This document shows, piece by piece, positions 26,663-37,072 of a stretch of DNA of 64,000 nucleotides. The translations under genes were made by a program, and so were the position numbers. Below the pieces are notes generated by a model that ran no database searches, had not been told where the DNA came from, and saw only the letters and a list, made by a program, of their open reading frames with translations. The DNA comes from Candidatus Nanohalarchaeota archaeon (lineage in GTDB: Archaea; Nanohalarchaeota; Nanosalinia; Nanosalinales; JAFCCC01): positions 1 to 64,000 of the forward strand of contig JAFCCC010000002.1 in assembly GCA_017610385.1 (NCBI GenBank), in the 5' to 3' direction. The first letter of the stretch is position 1. Each line of letters opens with the position of its first letter.

Positions 26663-28396
26663 TTATTTTACTGTAACCACTTTAGCCAAATTACGAGGTT
26701 TATCTATTGGAAGGTTCTTTAACTTTGCAATTTCATAAGTTAATAAAAATCCCAGAATTGATGCATATAATGCAAAGGTTTCCTTGCCTTCTGGAATTTT
26801 AAAATCCCCATAATATGGAGAAATTAATATGGCTTGTGCGTTTCTTGATTCAACTTCTTTTAAATTTGAAAGTATCGGATCGTGTTTTTCAGAAATTAAA
26901 ATAATTACAGGTGTTTTGTTTTCTATTAGCGCTAAAGTTCCATGCTTTAATTCTCCACTCATCATGCCTTCTGCATGGATATATGAAACTTCTTTTAATT
27001 TCAATGAGATTTCCCTAGCTACTGCGTACCCAGAACCTTTTCCTATAATATAAATGTCTTTTTTGTTTTTTAGGAGCTGTGCTACTTTTTTTATTTGACT
27101 TGAATTGTTTTCTATGAGTTCTTTTACATTATCAAATATTTTCTCTAGGTTTATTTTCATTCCTAATTCCTGAGATAATTTTAAAAATAAATAAAGCTCG
27201 TTACTATAGGTTTTAGTCGAAGCAACCGCGATTTCTTGCCCCGCGAGAATATTAATGTTCAAAAAACAAAGTCTTTCTATAGAACTATGCGGGACATTTA
27301 CTATAGAGACTAAAGAGTAACATGAATTTTTTACTGGTTTTATTGCATCTAGAACATCCATAGTTTCTCCACTTTGAGAAACTGCGATGATAAGTGTTTC
27401 TTTATCTACAAGCCCGATATTAGAAAATTCTGAGGCGATTATTGCTCGTGCATCAAATCCCAATCGAGTTAATAAGTACGTTGCATATAGTGATGCATGA
27501 TATGATGTCCCCGCTGCTACAAACAGGATTTTTTTAGAATTTAAAATTAAATTTTTTAAATTCTGTATTTTATTTTTCTGGTCAGAATTCAAAGAAATTG
27601 ATAATCTTTCAATACATTTTGGTTCCTCATAAATTTCTTTTAACATATAATGTTCAAAGTTTTTGTTTTTCTTTTCTTCTTTTACCCAATTAAATTTAGT
27701 TATTTTTTTAATAATTTCAAGTCCATTTTGATTATAGAATCGAAAACCTTTATTTGAAATAATAGCAAATTCATTATCTTCAAAAAATATTGCTTTATGT
27801 GTAAATTTAGAGAATGCGTAGATATCTGATCCAAGAAAAATCTCGTTAGTACCGATCCCCAAAGCTAATGGGGAATCTCTTTTAATTGCATAGATTTCAT
27901 TTGTCTGGGTATTGAGAAATAAAATCGCTAATGTTCCTTTAACTTCTTTTAAAAATTCTTTTATTGCTTCTTTTATTGTGAGGCCCTTATTCAATTTATT
28001 TTCAAAATAATATAATGCGATTTCTGAATCTGTATCTGAAATTAAATTCACACTATTCAATTTATTTTTTAATTCTTCAAAATTTTCAATGATTCCATTA
28101 TGTACTATAATTAAATTTTTGGATTGAGTAAGATGTGGGTGAGCATTAATTTGATTTACTTTTCCGTGAGTGGCCCAGCGGGTATGACCAATTCCGATAG
28201 TTCCATGTAATTTTGAAAATTGTAGTTTGGCATCTATTTTACTTATTGCGCCTACTCCTTTTTTTATATTAATTTGATGATTCTCAAGGGTAGCGATTCC
28301 TGCAGAATCATAACCGCGGTATTCTAATTTTTTTAGACCTTCTAAAAGAATCGGGGCTGCTTGTTTATATCCTAAATAGCCTGTAATCCCACACAT
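26663..28396 (-). CDS. glmS: glutamine--fructose-6-phosphate aminotransferase (isomerizing)
   Basis: MCGITG, LEYRGYDSAG, GHTRWATHG, SQSGET, LKLKEVSYIHAEG, DKPRNLAKVVTVK. Confidence 0.98.
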   Translation of the reverse strand: MCGITGYLGYKQAAPILLEGLKKLEYRGYDSAGIATLENHQINIKKGVGAISKIDAKLQFSKLHGTIGIGHTRWATHGKVNQINAHPHLTQSKNLIIVHNGIIENFEELKNKLNSVNLISDTDSEIALYYFENKLNKGLTIKEAIKEFLKEVKGTLAILFLNTQTNEIYAIKRDSPLALGIGTNEIFLGSDIYAFSKFTHKAIFFEDNEFAIISNKGFRFYNQNGLEIIKKITKFNWVKEEKKNKNFEHYMLKEIYEEPKCIERLSISLNSDQKNKIQNLKNLILNSKKILFVAAGTSYHASLYATYLLTRLGFDARAIIASEFSNIGLVDKETLIIAVSQSGETMDVLDAIKPVKNSCYSLVSIVNVPHSSIERLCFLNINILAGQEIAVASTKTYSNELYLFLKLSQELGMKINLEKIFDNVKELIENNSSQIKKVAQLLKNKKDIYIIGKGSGYAVAREISLKLKEVSYIHAEGMMSGELKHGTLALIENKTPVIILISEKHDPILSNLKEVESRNAQAILISPYYGDFKIPEGKETFALYASILGFLLTYEIAKLKNLPIDKPRNLAKVVTVK

Positions 28397-28439
28397 TTTA
28401 ATCTAAGAAACATATGTTTCTTTTTGTTTAAAAAGCCCC

Positions 28440-28608
28440 ACTAAAAACAGTTTAATGATAATAAAAAACCTTTTTTAGTAGTTTTTGATCAAGGTATAAA
28501 TTTTTTAATTAACGTATAAGTTAATTAGGAAAAATCTTATGAAATAAACGATAATTTTAAATGGTTATAAATAAATTATAGAACTATTACAAAAAAGTTT
28601 TTAGTAAT
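28440..28608. promoter_or_regulatory. candidate palindromic operators between glmS and the divergent HTH regulator
   Basis: TAAAAAA-CC-TTTTTTA(GTA) at 28462-28480 and ATTACAAAAAAGTTTTTAGTAAT at 28586-28608. Confidence 0.4.
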
Positions 28609-28631
28609 TGCGAAATTCGGTTGTGATTTTT

Positions 28632-29576
28632 ATGGATAAATTAATTAGAAAAAAACAAGACAAATTTTATATAAAAGACATTAAAGTTGAGAAGCGCCCC
28701 GAAAGATTGAAGGCATTATTAAGTTCACAAAGATGGGAAATTCTGAAGATTTTGGCAGAACAGCCAAATTATTCTGCACAAATTGCCAATCAATTAAAAA
28801 TCCACGAACAGAGAGTATATTATCATATGAATCAATTAGAAAAAGCCGGAATAATCGAGGTAGTTAAACGAGAGGAACGTGGTGGTGCAATAGCTAAGTT
28901 TTATAGAGTAAAAGATTATGCATTTGCGATAGAGCTTCCATATGCGGAAGAACATCTATTAAATTTTCCTTTGAAAGAAGAGGCATCTAATCTAAAGAGA
29001 TTTTTGCATCCATTTATTTCTGGGGGTCGAGTAAATTGTAAAATTATTGTTGGGTCGCCTGATCCCCATGGTCCTTATCAAGTTAGAGGAAGAGATGGTC
29101 ATTATGGAATTGATCTTGCATTATTTTTAGGTCAATATGGATCTATTTCTAAAGAATTCTCAACTAAATTAGATGTAGATGTTAAAGCAGAAAAATCACA
29201 TAAAGAAAATATGATTTTGGTTGGTGGTCCATTAACAAATACTGTAATGAATGAAATTAATAAAAATTTGCCAATTAAATTTGAAAGCGAACAATTTCCA
29301 TTCAGAGCCATAATTTCAAAAAAAACATCAACTAAATATTCCGAAGATGCGTGTGGTTTAATTGCTAAATTTCCAAATCCATTTAATCCTGAAAATTTTA
29401 TGTTGGTTTTTGCGGGAGTGCGTTTCAATGGTACCAAATCTGCTGTTTTAGCATTGACTAGATTTTCTAATAAAGTTTTAGAGACGTATGAAGGAGAGGA
29501 TAGTTGGGCGTGTGTAGTAAAAGGTTTAGATTTGGATGGAGATGGTAAAATAGATTCTATTGAGATTTTAGAGTAA
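28632..29576 (+). CDS. ArsR-like wHTH transcriptional regulator with uncharacterised C-terminal domain
   Basis: RWEILKILA...SAQIANQLKIHEQRVYYHMNQLEKAGII; C-terminal IIVGSPDPHG, NMILVGGP..N, FAGVRFNGT. Confidence 0.85.
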   Translation: MDKLIRKKQDKFYIKDIKVEKRPERLKALLSSQRWEILKILAEQPNYSAQIANQLKIHEQRVYYHMNQLEKAGIIEVVKREERGGAIAKFYRVKDYAFAIELPYAEEHLLNFPLKEEASNLKRFLHPFISGGRVNCKIIVGSPDPHGPYQVRGRDGHYGIDLALFLGQYGSISKEFSTKLDVDVKAEKSHKENMILVGGPLTNTVMNEINKNLPIKFESEQFPFRAIISKKTSTKYSEDACGLIAKFPNPFNPENFMLVFAGVRFNGTKSAVLALTRFSNKVLETYEGEDSWACVVKGLDLDGDGKIDSIEILE

Positions 29577-29602
29577 TTACTCGCGATTTTAGAATAATCA
29601 CT
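29562..29602. repeat. imperfect tandem repeat (17/20, 21-bp period) spanning two convergent stop codons
   Basis: gagattttagagtaattact vs gcgattttagaataatcact. Confidence 0.6.
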
Positions 29603-30686
29603 TGGTAAGTGGATTCTTTAGAAGATCCATTGGAACTAAATCCTTGGGAGTGATTTTTGTGCCAGACAAATACGAAACACCCCAAATTCCTATTAACATA
29701 GGGACCCAACAATAGAAAGTTCTAAACAATATCGTTGCGATTGCAGCTTCTGCCGCACTTACTCCACCTAAAAGAACTAGAAACGTGCCTAAAATGAGTT
29801 CTGTACCTCCAAAACCAGTAGGAACCGGAATTAATACCACTAAACTAGAACTGGCTAAAATTAAAATTAATAATATCCAAGGAAGCTGGATATTCATACC
29901 ATATAAAATTAGATAAAATAAACCCACAGTAAATGCCCATTCTATGATGGCCAAACCAATGGATTTAATTACTGTAGATTGTTCGTTTACTACTTCATGC
30001 AAAGTTTTTTCATAAATATGAATTTCCATTTTAATATCTTTTTTAAAGTGTTTTTCCCATGTTTTAGAACCCTTCTCAAAAAAATGTTTTATTTTTAATA
30101 CCAAAGACCCTAAAAATAATCCAACGACATCTAGCCAACTTTCTTTTTTCCATAAAATTAAAAAACTAATTGCAATAGTAGCACCTACGAGCAGGGAACC
30201 ACTAAAAATACTTAGGGTTAGGGGGGTTATGTGCCCACTGATCATAAAAATTATTAGCCCGATCCAAGAAATTACAAATAACGTACTCATTCTCAAGAAA
30301 TCTGAAATAGTTATGGCGGCTAAACTCTTTTCTGTTGGAATATTTGTGTTTTTATTTAAAATATGAGCTGTTAGTGGTTTACTTCCAATTGCACCAACAG
30401 GAATTATTGCGTTTAGAAATTGAGTAGCATAAACTAAAATAAGAGCTTTTCTATACTTTAAAGGATATCCTAGTCCAGAAATGGAAATATGCCAGATTTT
30501 TGACTTTACTATCAAAATCAAAAAAGAGACTAAACCAGCCAGTATAAGATACTTGAGTTTCACAGAAAGTAGAGCATTATACAACTCCATCCAGCCTATT
30601 GTTCTTAATACAAAGAATAAAAGTAAAGCAATAAGTATTGTACTAAAAAAGGTTCTTTTCCTATGTTTGTGAATGATATGTTTCAT
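29598..30686 (-). CDS. lysylphosphatidylglycerol synthase TM / flippase-like protein (UPF0104)
   Basis: Multi-TM; FLNAIIP.G, IPVPTGFGGTE, AATILFR. Confidence 0.88.
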   Translation of the reverse strand: MKHIIHKHRKRTFFSTILIALLLFFVLRTIGWMELYNALLSVKLKYLILAGLVSFLILIVKSKIWHISISGLGYPLKYRKALILVYATQFLNAIIPVGAIGSKPLTAHILNKNTNIPTEKSLAAITISDFLRMSTLFVISWIGLIIFMISGHITPLTLSIFSGSLLVGATIAISFLILWKKESWLDVVGLFLGSLVLKIKHFFEKGSKTWEKHFKKDIKMEIHIYEKTLHEVVNEQSTVIKSIGLAIIEWAFTVGLFYLILYGMNIQLPWILLILILASSSLVVLIPVPTGFGGTELILGTFLVLLGGVSAAEAAIATILFRTFYCWVPMLIGIWGVSYLSGTKITPKDLVPMDLLKNPLTK

Positions 30687-30709
30687 TTTTACTTATGCTT
30701 GTTTTTCTA

Positions 30710-30862
30710 TTATGCATATTCGTTTAGCTTCTTTTTAACAAAACTCATTTTCAGTTTGATTTTCCATTTCTCATCGGCTGTTTTGACCTTTTTTAGATCT
30801 TCTTCGTATTTTTTCAATAGGTTCAAAAAGATTTCTTTTGGCAACTGATTAGTCATTACCAT
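30710..30862 (-). CDS. small hypothetical protein (50 aa)
   Basis: Manual translation MVMTNQLPKEIFLNLLKKYEEDLKKVKTADEKWKIKLKMSFVKKKLNEYA; co-oriented with neighbours. Confidence 0.55.
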   Translation of the reverse strand: MVMTNQLPKEIFLNLLKKYEEDLKKVKTADEKWKIKLKMSFVKKKLNEYA

Positions 30863-30943
30863 TATTTAGAACTCATTTGATTAAGTAATTTAGCATTTTG
30901 AAGTGAATAGATTTATTTAACTAAATCTCGAATTTTTTACTTT

Positions 30944-31714
30944 TTATAGGATTTTTATTTCTATTTGCCCCAAACTTAATTCAGGAAGTAACAGTTCTTT
31001 ATTTTGTTCTCTACAAACCTCTTCATAGATGTAAATTGCTCTAGATCTGGATAAACCGAGTAATTGCTTTATGGTGCTTCCTTCCTCTTTTGATTCATTT
31101 GCTCTCCAGTCTATTACATCATCAGCATTATTCCTTGTTGGTGCTACAAATTTATCATTCATGGGATCTACAGAATATTCCAGTTGAGCCATGGCATCCA
31201 TCATACTTTTTCCACGACCACCCTCTTTTAGTGGTTTGATATCTCGTTTCAATCTTCTTCTTTGAGCTGTTCTAGCATCTGTTTCAACGAATAAACGATG
31301 ATTATAGAGCTGAATTAATTTTGTTCCAATAGGTGGTCCAGACCATAATGCATAAATGCCTTCAAGTATCGCCACATCTTGATTTGCAGGCATTTCTCCT
31401 AATTCGTTTGGATCGTAACAATGTGTCCCGAAATTATATTTTGGATAGAAGAATCCTTCTCCCGCTAAAATTCTTTGTGCAAAAGATACAATTTTTGGGA
31501 AATTTATTACTTCAGGACAATCGTAACTGAATACGGGATCAAAAGACATAGCGTGTCTTTCTTCAGCACTTTTCCAACTTAAATCAATGTATGCGTCATC
31601 TGTAGAGAATGTAGAACAGATTAATCCCCATAATTCGAGTTGTTTTTTGATGAGCGTTGCTATTGTTCCTTTGCCGGCGCCACTCCCACCAGCAATTCCG
31701 ACCAAATATGTCAT
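30944..31714 (-). CDS. udk: uridine kinase family protein
   Basis: VGIAGGSGAGKGT, DDAY, YDCPE, ILEGIYAL, RRLKRDI...RG, FVAPTRNNAD; start at ATG 31714. Confidence 0.9.
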   Translation of the reverse strand: MTYLVGIAGGSGAGKGTIATLIKKQLELWGLICSTFSTDDAYIDLSWKSAEERHAMSFDPVFSYDCPEVINFPKIVSFAQRILAGEGFFYPKYNFGTHCYDPNELGEMPANQDVAILEGIYALWSGPPIGTKLIQLYNHRLFVETDARTAQRRRLKRDIKPLKEGGRGKSMMDAMAQLEYSVDPMNDKFVAPTRNNADDVIDWRANESKEEGSTIKQLLGLSRSRAIYIYEEVCREQNKELLLPELSLGQIEIKIL

Positions 31715-31959
31715 TAAAAATAAGTATTGGGTATAAAAGTGTAAATAGTTTTTGAAATAGGTTATAAATACTATTTTAACAAAAATGATAATATATTTAC
31801 TTAGAAAATATTTATGATTTTGAGTTTTAGAGGACAAAAACAGAAATTAAAAAATCAGTTAAGTATTTTGTTTAAAAACTCTAAAAGTTCTATTTCAATA
31901 TCCATCTAATTAAATATATTTTCTAGTAAAGATACGTTTTTTATTCTGTATGAGAATAT

Positions 31960-32574
31960 ATGTCTGGGAAAAAGATGGTAGAAGATGAACCAAAATATAA
32001 TTCTCAAGAAGGTCATTTAGTGGTAATCGCTGGACCAATGTTTGCTGGAAAAAGTGAAGAACTTGTTAGAGAAATCACCAGAGTTTCTTTTACAGGACAA
32101 CCATTTCTTTTAGTTAAACCCTCTATAGATACAAGATATAGTAAAACTGACGTTGCCACTCACAATGGACGATTGAAGCCTGCAGTATTGTTAGATTTAG
32201 AAAATGAAACTTGGGAGAATTTAAATGAACTTGCAGAAGGAACTCTCTCAGAAATAAAGTGGATTGGGTTTGATGACGTGCAATTCTTTGGTCCAAAATT
32301 TGTGAATCTTTGTTTACAGTTAGTTGAAAGGGGTAAAAAAGTTATTGTAGCGGGATTAGATACTAATATCCTAGGTAAACCCTTTGGAATTATGCCTGAT
32401 TTATTAGCGTATGCGGATGAAGTAAGAAAACTAAAGGCAGTTTGTACAAAGTGCAAAGAAAGGGAAGCAAGCAGGACATATAGAACCGTTGGTGGACCGC
32501 TTATTATGGTGGGAGGACCAGAAATTTACGAGGCCAGATGTAAATTGTGCCATAGAATGCCGGGAGAAGGTTAG
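31960..32574 (+). CDS. tdk: thymidine kinase (TK1 type)
   Basis: AGPMFAGKSEEL, KPSIDTRY, VAGLD...PFG, AVCTKC, VGG..Y.ARCKLCH. Confidence 0.95.
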   Translation: MSGKKMVEDEPKYNSQEGHLVVIAGPMFAGKSEELVREITRVSFTGQPFLLVKPSIDTRYSKTDVATHNGRLKPAVLLDLENETWENLNELAEGTLSEIKWIGFDDVQFFGPKFVNLCLQLVERGKKVIVAGLDTNILGKPFGIMPDLLAYADEVRKLKAVCTKCKEREASRTYRTVGGPLIMVGGPEIYEARCKLCHRMPGEG

Positions 32575-32708
32575 TTATCTAATTACTCTTCTAAATACTC
32601 ATAATATATAACGGTTATTTGCACATTCATTTTTGAAAATCTTTTAAAATCTGAAAAGATTACAAACACATTTAACTTTTCAAAATAATTGCTTAATAGT
32701 GGCAACAT

Positions 32709-33398
32709 ATGTCAAAAGAAAAAAATGCAAGCGGATTACAACTAAACACTCGTTTTAGTCTTGATACGTTAGAACAGTTTGAATTTTATGATCTTAATTC
32801 AAATGGACATTCACAAGCAATTTACACCCCCATAGGACTTAGCAAGAAACGGCGTTTTACTACCTTACTTTATTGTATGCGTACTCCACAAGATCAATAT
32901 TTGTTTGTTCCTGGTCGAGGATTTGTGGGTTTATTACGATTAAATGGATCGTTAAAATTCAACGCAATCGCTCGCTGGTGGAAATCTATTTTTGATTATT
33001 TAGAATTAGAGGTAAAAACACTTACTCCAGAATCAGAAGTAAAAAGGCTTACTTCAGAAGTAGATAATGTTGAAGGTATTGAAGGAGATCTTCCAGTTTC
33101 AAAACAGCTAGAATTTGCGCAAGACTCTGTATTTTTCTGTTTGGGAGATCAAGTTTCATTAGATTTTGCTGATCCCGCAAGGGTGGGAGATTTAGATAAA
33201 CGGTCTCAGGAAAAATTCAAAAAAGGAATGCGTTTGGGTTGGGATTATTGGCTTTTTAACTATCGTGATGCTGGACTGCTTACTGCACGTAGAAAATGGT
33301 ACAGAGAAAACTCTGGAGAACTTGATTTATGGATAAATAACAATGTTGCACTCTTTATAGAAGATTTAGGGGGAGTTAATCTGAAATTAAAAGAATAG
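32709..33398 (+). CDS. hypothetical protein (ORFan-like)
   Basis: 229-aa ORF, no motif recognised. Confidence 0.7.
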   Translation: MSKEKNASGLQLNTRFSLDTLEQFEFYDLNSNGHSQAIYTPIGLSKKRRFTTLLYCMRTPQDQYLFVPGRGFVGLLRLNGSLKFNAIARWWKSIFDYLELEVKTLTPESEVKRLTSEVDNVEGIEGDLPVSKQLEFAQDSVFFCLGDQVSLDFADPARVGDLDKRSQEKFKKGMRLGWDYWLFNYRDAGLLTARRKWYRENSGELDLWINNNVALFIEDLGGVNLKLKE

Positions 33399-33507
33399 AG
33401 GTTCTGTTTTGTTTATTAATTAATTTGTAGAAGATATTCTTTTTGTTTATTAGTTATTGTGTGCTTAGTTGCAGTCGAGCTATTTATTATGCATTATTAG
33501 TATTTAG

Positions 33508-33581
33508 CGGACCTGAGGGGTCTCGAACCCCCGACCCCTTGCTTAGGAGGCAAGTGCTCTATCCAACTGAGCTACAGGCCC
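33508..33581 (-). tRNA. tRNA-Arg (anticodon CCT), intron-less, CCA not encoded
   Basis: GGGCCTG acceptor arm pairing with CAGGTCC, D-arm GCTC..GAGC, anticodon arm CTTGC-CTCCTAA-GCAAG, T-arm GGGGG-TTCGAGA-CCCCT. Confidence 0.97.
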
Positions 33582-33732
33582 AAACTTCAAGAAGTTTGAT
33601 CATCACGCAAAACTTTTACGAGTTTTCCTAACTTGTGAACAAAATTCACAAGTACAGCGAGTTGATTCGCAACTCACTATACTTTTTCTATAGTTAAAAG
33701 TTTTTAAATACTCTGAATAATTAATACAGAAT

Positions 33733-34027
33733 ATGAATGCATATCTCATTCTTTTGGGAATAGTAATCGGATTTCTTGTCGCAAAATATTTTTCTGGGAA
33801 AAGGGGGTAAACAAGGACGACTAAAATCATTAAAATTTAACATTAAAAAATATACCATTCACTATTGGTTTATTGCAACTTCGATTCTCCTTATTTTCAT
33901 TATATTTAATTATTACAATGATATCATTCATGGAATACTCATTGGTTTAATCATTCAGGGAATTACTTATAGAGATTTTTACAAGATAATATACTCAAGA
34001 AAATTACACCCAAAAATTTTTCAATAA
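33733..34027 (+). pseudogene. frameshifted small membrane protein
   Basis: ATG 33733 gives MNAYLILLGIVIGFLVAKYFSGKRG*; shifting frame within GGGAAAAGGGGG continues GKQGRLKSLKF...HYWFIA...GLIIQGITY. Confidence 0.65.
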
Positions 34028-34066
34028 AGAACTTTATAAACTTCTTTTACCTTTTATTTGTAATGT

Positions 34067-37000
34067 ATGAAAAAAAGTGTGATGATTTTAATTCTAATTG
34101 GAATATTTTTAATTAATTTCAATTTGGTAAACGCAACAACAAATGTTACTGAATGTGGGACCTTGAGTTCAGCAAACACAATTTATCAACTAAATCAGTC
34201 AATTAATTCTTCTTTTGATTGTATAATAATTAATGCAACAAATATTACTCTTGATTGTCAAGGGTATAACATTAGTTTTGGAAATGCCACAGGCGGAAAA
34301 GGAATCAGGATTTCTAATGACGATGAGGAAGGATATGATAATGTTACTGTTCAAAATTGTGTTGTTATTCAGAATGAATCTGGTGCAGACCACACCGCAA
34401 TATTTTTTGGAATGAATTCTGAAAATGGAGTTGTTTATAATAATACTATTTTTGTTTTTGGGGTGGATACCCCTGGAATGCTTTTTGAATCAAATTCTGT
34501 TAATGCGAATATAAGTTTTAATAATATAACTGCTTCTGGTGGATTGGGTTCTGGAATAGTTTTAAGTGAAAATGGTAGTGGTGCAGACATTAGGAGCAAT
34601 ACCATAATAACTTCTGGAGATGATTCTAATGGGATTCTTATTGGGGAGAATTCATCAAATGGAACGCTTTTTAATAACACAATTACAACTTCTGCAAATT
34701 TAAGTTTTAGAGACGGAATAGGAGGAATTTTTTTGGAACTTGGAACAAATAATGTAAATGTGAGTTCAAATACCATCAATACTTCTGGAACAGACGGACC
34801 AGGAATTTGGATATGGGGTTCTAATCATTCTATTGACGGAAATACAATTATAACGTCTGGAGAACAGGGAGATGGAATTTATATGTCTGATGTACAAGGA
34901 ATAAACTTAACTTCCAATACCATAACTATTTCTGGGATTAGTGCAGATGGAATTCATTCCCAACTGTCTGAAAATTCATCAACTCTCATTTATAATAATG
35001 TTATAATGACTTCTGCAAATTATTCTTATGGTATTTATCTTCTAGAAGAAAATTATAATAATATTTCTTCAAATAACATAACAACTTCTGGTACTGCTTC
35101 TTATGGAATTTATTTTAATGAATCACATAATGCTACCTTATTAAATAATATAATTAAAACCGAGGAATCAGATTCTTATGTTCTTTATCTTGACACTTCA
35201 ACAGGAAATTTTTATAATAATATTTTTAATACTTCAACAAGTGGCTCTGGAATTAATTTTATAAATTGCGATGTTAGCTATTTTAATACCAGCAAAACAT
35301 CGGGGACAAATATTATTGGAAGGGGATATATTGGTGGAAATTTTTGGACAAATAATTTAGGTACTGGTTATAGTGATAATTGTATTGATTCTAATGGGGA
35401 TTATGTGTGTGATGTTATCTATTCAGTAAATGACTCTATAGATTATCTCCCCCTTGCTGATCATACTAATGTGATTTCAGCATGTGGGACATTAAATATT
35501 GAAGATAAATCTTATTATTTGAATCAAAGTCTATTGGTTAATGGAACTTGTTTTAATATTACTGCAAACAACATCACTCTTGACTTTAATGGATATAATA
35601 TCACAGGAAACACAACAGGGAATGGTATTAATGTCACTGGTTACAATGAAACAACGATCTTAGATGGACTTATTTATAATTTCTCAATAGGGATTTATTT
35701 TAAGAACAATTCAAATAACAATATAACAAATATAACTTCAAATAATAATTATCAAGGAATTGCATTCACTACAAGTTCAAATAACAATTTGACAACCTTA
35801 ACTACAAATAATAATACTGCGAATGGGATCCTCCTTGAATCTTCTTCAATGAATAATGTTTTTACAAATATAATAGCACATTCAAATAATCATCTAGGAA
35901 TTTATATTGTTGTTTCATCAAATAACAACACATTTACTGATATAGATATAAATTATTCTGGAATTGGTCTTGCTATTGCTTCAGGCAATACATTTACCAA
36001 TATGAATATAAGTAATTCTACAACAGATGCAATTCTTTTGCAATATGCAACTTCTGATAATAATAACTTTACAAATGTGGTTGTAACAAATACAAGTGCC
36101 TCTTATTATGATATTAATTTTTCTACTGCCGGTATTGATGGAACATGGATTAAGGGAATTAATTTTGGGAGATATACTTTTGCCGGTGCTGGTGGAAAAG
36201 TTAATTTTGAGGAACCAAATTTTGGAAAAGTTGTATTTTTAGAAGCAATTAATGGAAGTGGGACAGATCTTTCTACCGAAGTTGACATTGAGAACAATTC
36301 TGTTTTTGTAAATTCTTCTGCAAATTCTGGATTAAATAAAAGTGCAAATATAACTTTATATAGCATAACTTATACAGATCCAAAACCACAATATAGTTCT
36401 AATGGAGTCACATTCATAGATTGCACTGCAACAACAGATCCTGCCTGTGCTGAACTTGGTTTTAGTGGAAATAATTTTGTATTTAATGTATCCCATTTTA
36501 CTTATTTTAGATCTGCTGAAGCGTATATTACCCCTAGTGACACAACTTCTTCAAGTTCAGGTGGTGGAGGATATCCCAATTATCGACCAAAAGAAGATGA
36601 ATTAAATAAAGGATATCAAAAATTAATGTATAAAAATTGGAAAGTATCTTTTAAAGTAGAAAATATTTCACATACATTTAAAGTGGGAGATATTACCGAA
36701 ACAAATGCAAAAATAAGTATTTCTTCTGAAACTCAAGAAGCTGTACTTTCAGTTGGAGAAGAAAAGAAATTTGAACTTTCAGAGGATAATTATTATGATA
36801 TCTTGGTTAAATTGAATTCAATAGATACAACATGGAAAAATAGAGCAAACTTTACAATACAAACAATACATGAAGAAATTGTTTCTCCACAAAAAAATGA
36901 AGCAGAAAAAGAGATAATACAACCAGGTCCTGAAAGCGAAGGAGAAGTAATCCCTGAAAGCGAAGGAGAAGTTGAAGAAGGAAAAACAAATTCAACATGG

Positions 37001-37072
37001 TTGTGGGTTGTAATTGCAGTGATTATAATATTAATTCTTTCTGGTGTAGGGTATAAAAAGTTTAGAAAGTAA
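34067..37072 (+). CDS. secreted, membrane-anchored right-handed parallel beta-helix (NosD/CASH-type) glycoprotein
   Basis: Signal peptide; two modules starting CGTL...YxLNQS...C..I.A.NITLD..GYNI; NTI.TSG....GI repeats; GGNFW; many N-x-S/T sequons; C-terminal TM plus KKFRK. Confidence 0.9.
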   Translation: MKKSVMILILIGIFLINFNLVNATTNVTECGTLSSANTIYQLNQSINSSFDCIIINATNITLDCQGYNISFGNATGGKGIRISNDDEEGYDNVTVQNCVVIQNESGADHTAIFFGMNSENGVVYNNTIFVFGVDTPGMLFESNSVNANISFNNITASGGLGSGIVLSENGSGADIRSNTIITSGDDSNGILIGENSSNGTLFNNTITTSANLSFRDGIGGIFLELGTNNVNVSSNTINTSGTDGPGIWIWGSNHSIDGNTIITSGEQGDGIYMSDVQGINLTSNTITISGISADGIHSQLSENSSTLIYNNVIMTSANYSYGIYLLEENYNNISSNNITTSGTASYGIYFNESHNATLLNNIIKTEESDSYVLYLDTSTGNFYNNIFNTSTSGSGINFINCDVSYFNTSKTSGTNIIGRGYIGGNFWTNNLGTGYSDNCIDSNGDYVCDVIYSVNDSIDYLPLADHTNVISACGTLNIEDKSYYLNQSLLVNGTCFNITANNITLDFNGYNITGNTTGNGINVTGYNETTILDGLIYNFSIGIYFKNNSNNNITNITSNNNYQGIAFTTSSNNNLTTLTTNNNTANGILLESSSMNNVFTNIIAHSNNHLGIYIVVSSNNNTFTDIDINYSGIGLAIASGNTFTNMNISNSTTDAILLQYATSDNNNFTNVVVTNTSASYYDINFSTAGIDGTWIKGINFGRYTFAGAGGKVNFEEPNFGKVVFLEAINGSGTDLSTEVDIENNSVFVNSSANSGLNKSANITLYSITYTDPKPQYSSNGVTFIDCTATTDPACAELGFSGNNFVFNVSHFTYFRSAEAYITPSDTTSSSSGGGGYPNYRPKEDELNKGYQKLMYKNWKVSFKVENISHTFKVGDITETNAKISISSETQEAVLSVGEEKKFELSEDNYYDILVKLNSIDTTWKNRANFTIQTIHEEIVSPQKNEAEKEIIQPGPESEGEVIPESEGEVEEGKTNSTWLWVVIAVIIILILSGVGYKKFRK
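36929..36972 (+). repeat. in-frame 24-bp-period repeat (PESEGEV x2)
   Basis: cctgaaagcgaaggagaagt at 36929 and 36953. Confidence 0.9.

Noticed and set aside
33443-33830. ORFs 33443..33631 and 33603..33830; tRNA-Arg as an integration site
   Set aside because: The ORFs overlap the tRNA and its hairpin leader; no second copy of the tRNA 3' end was found in the window
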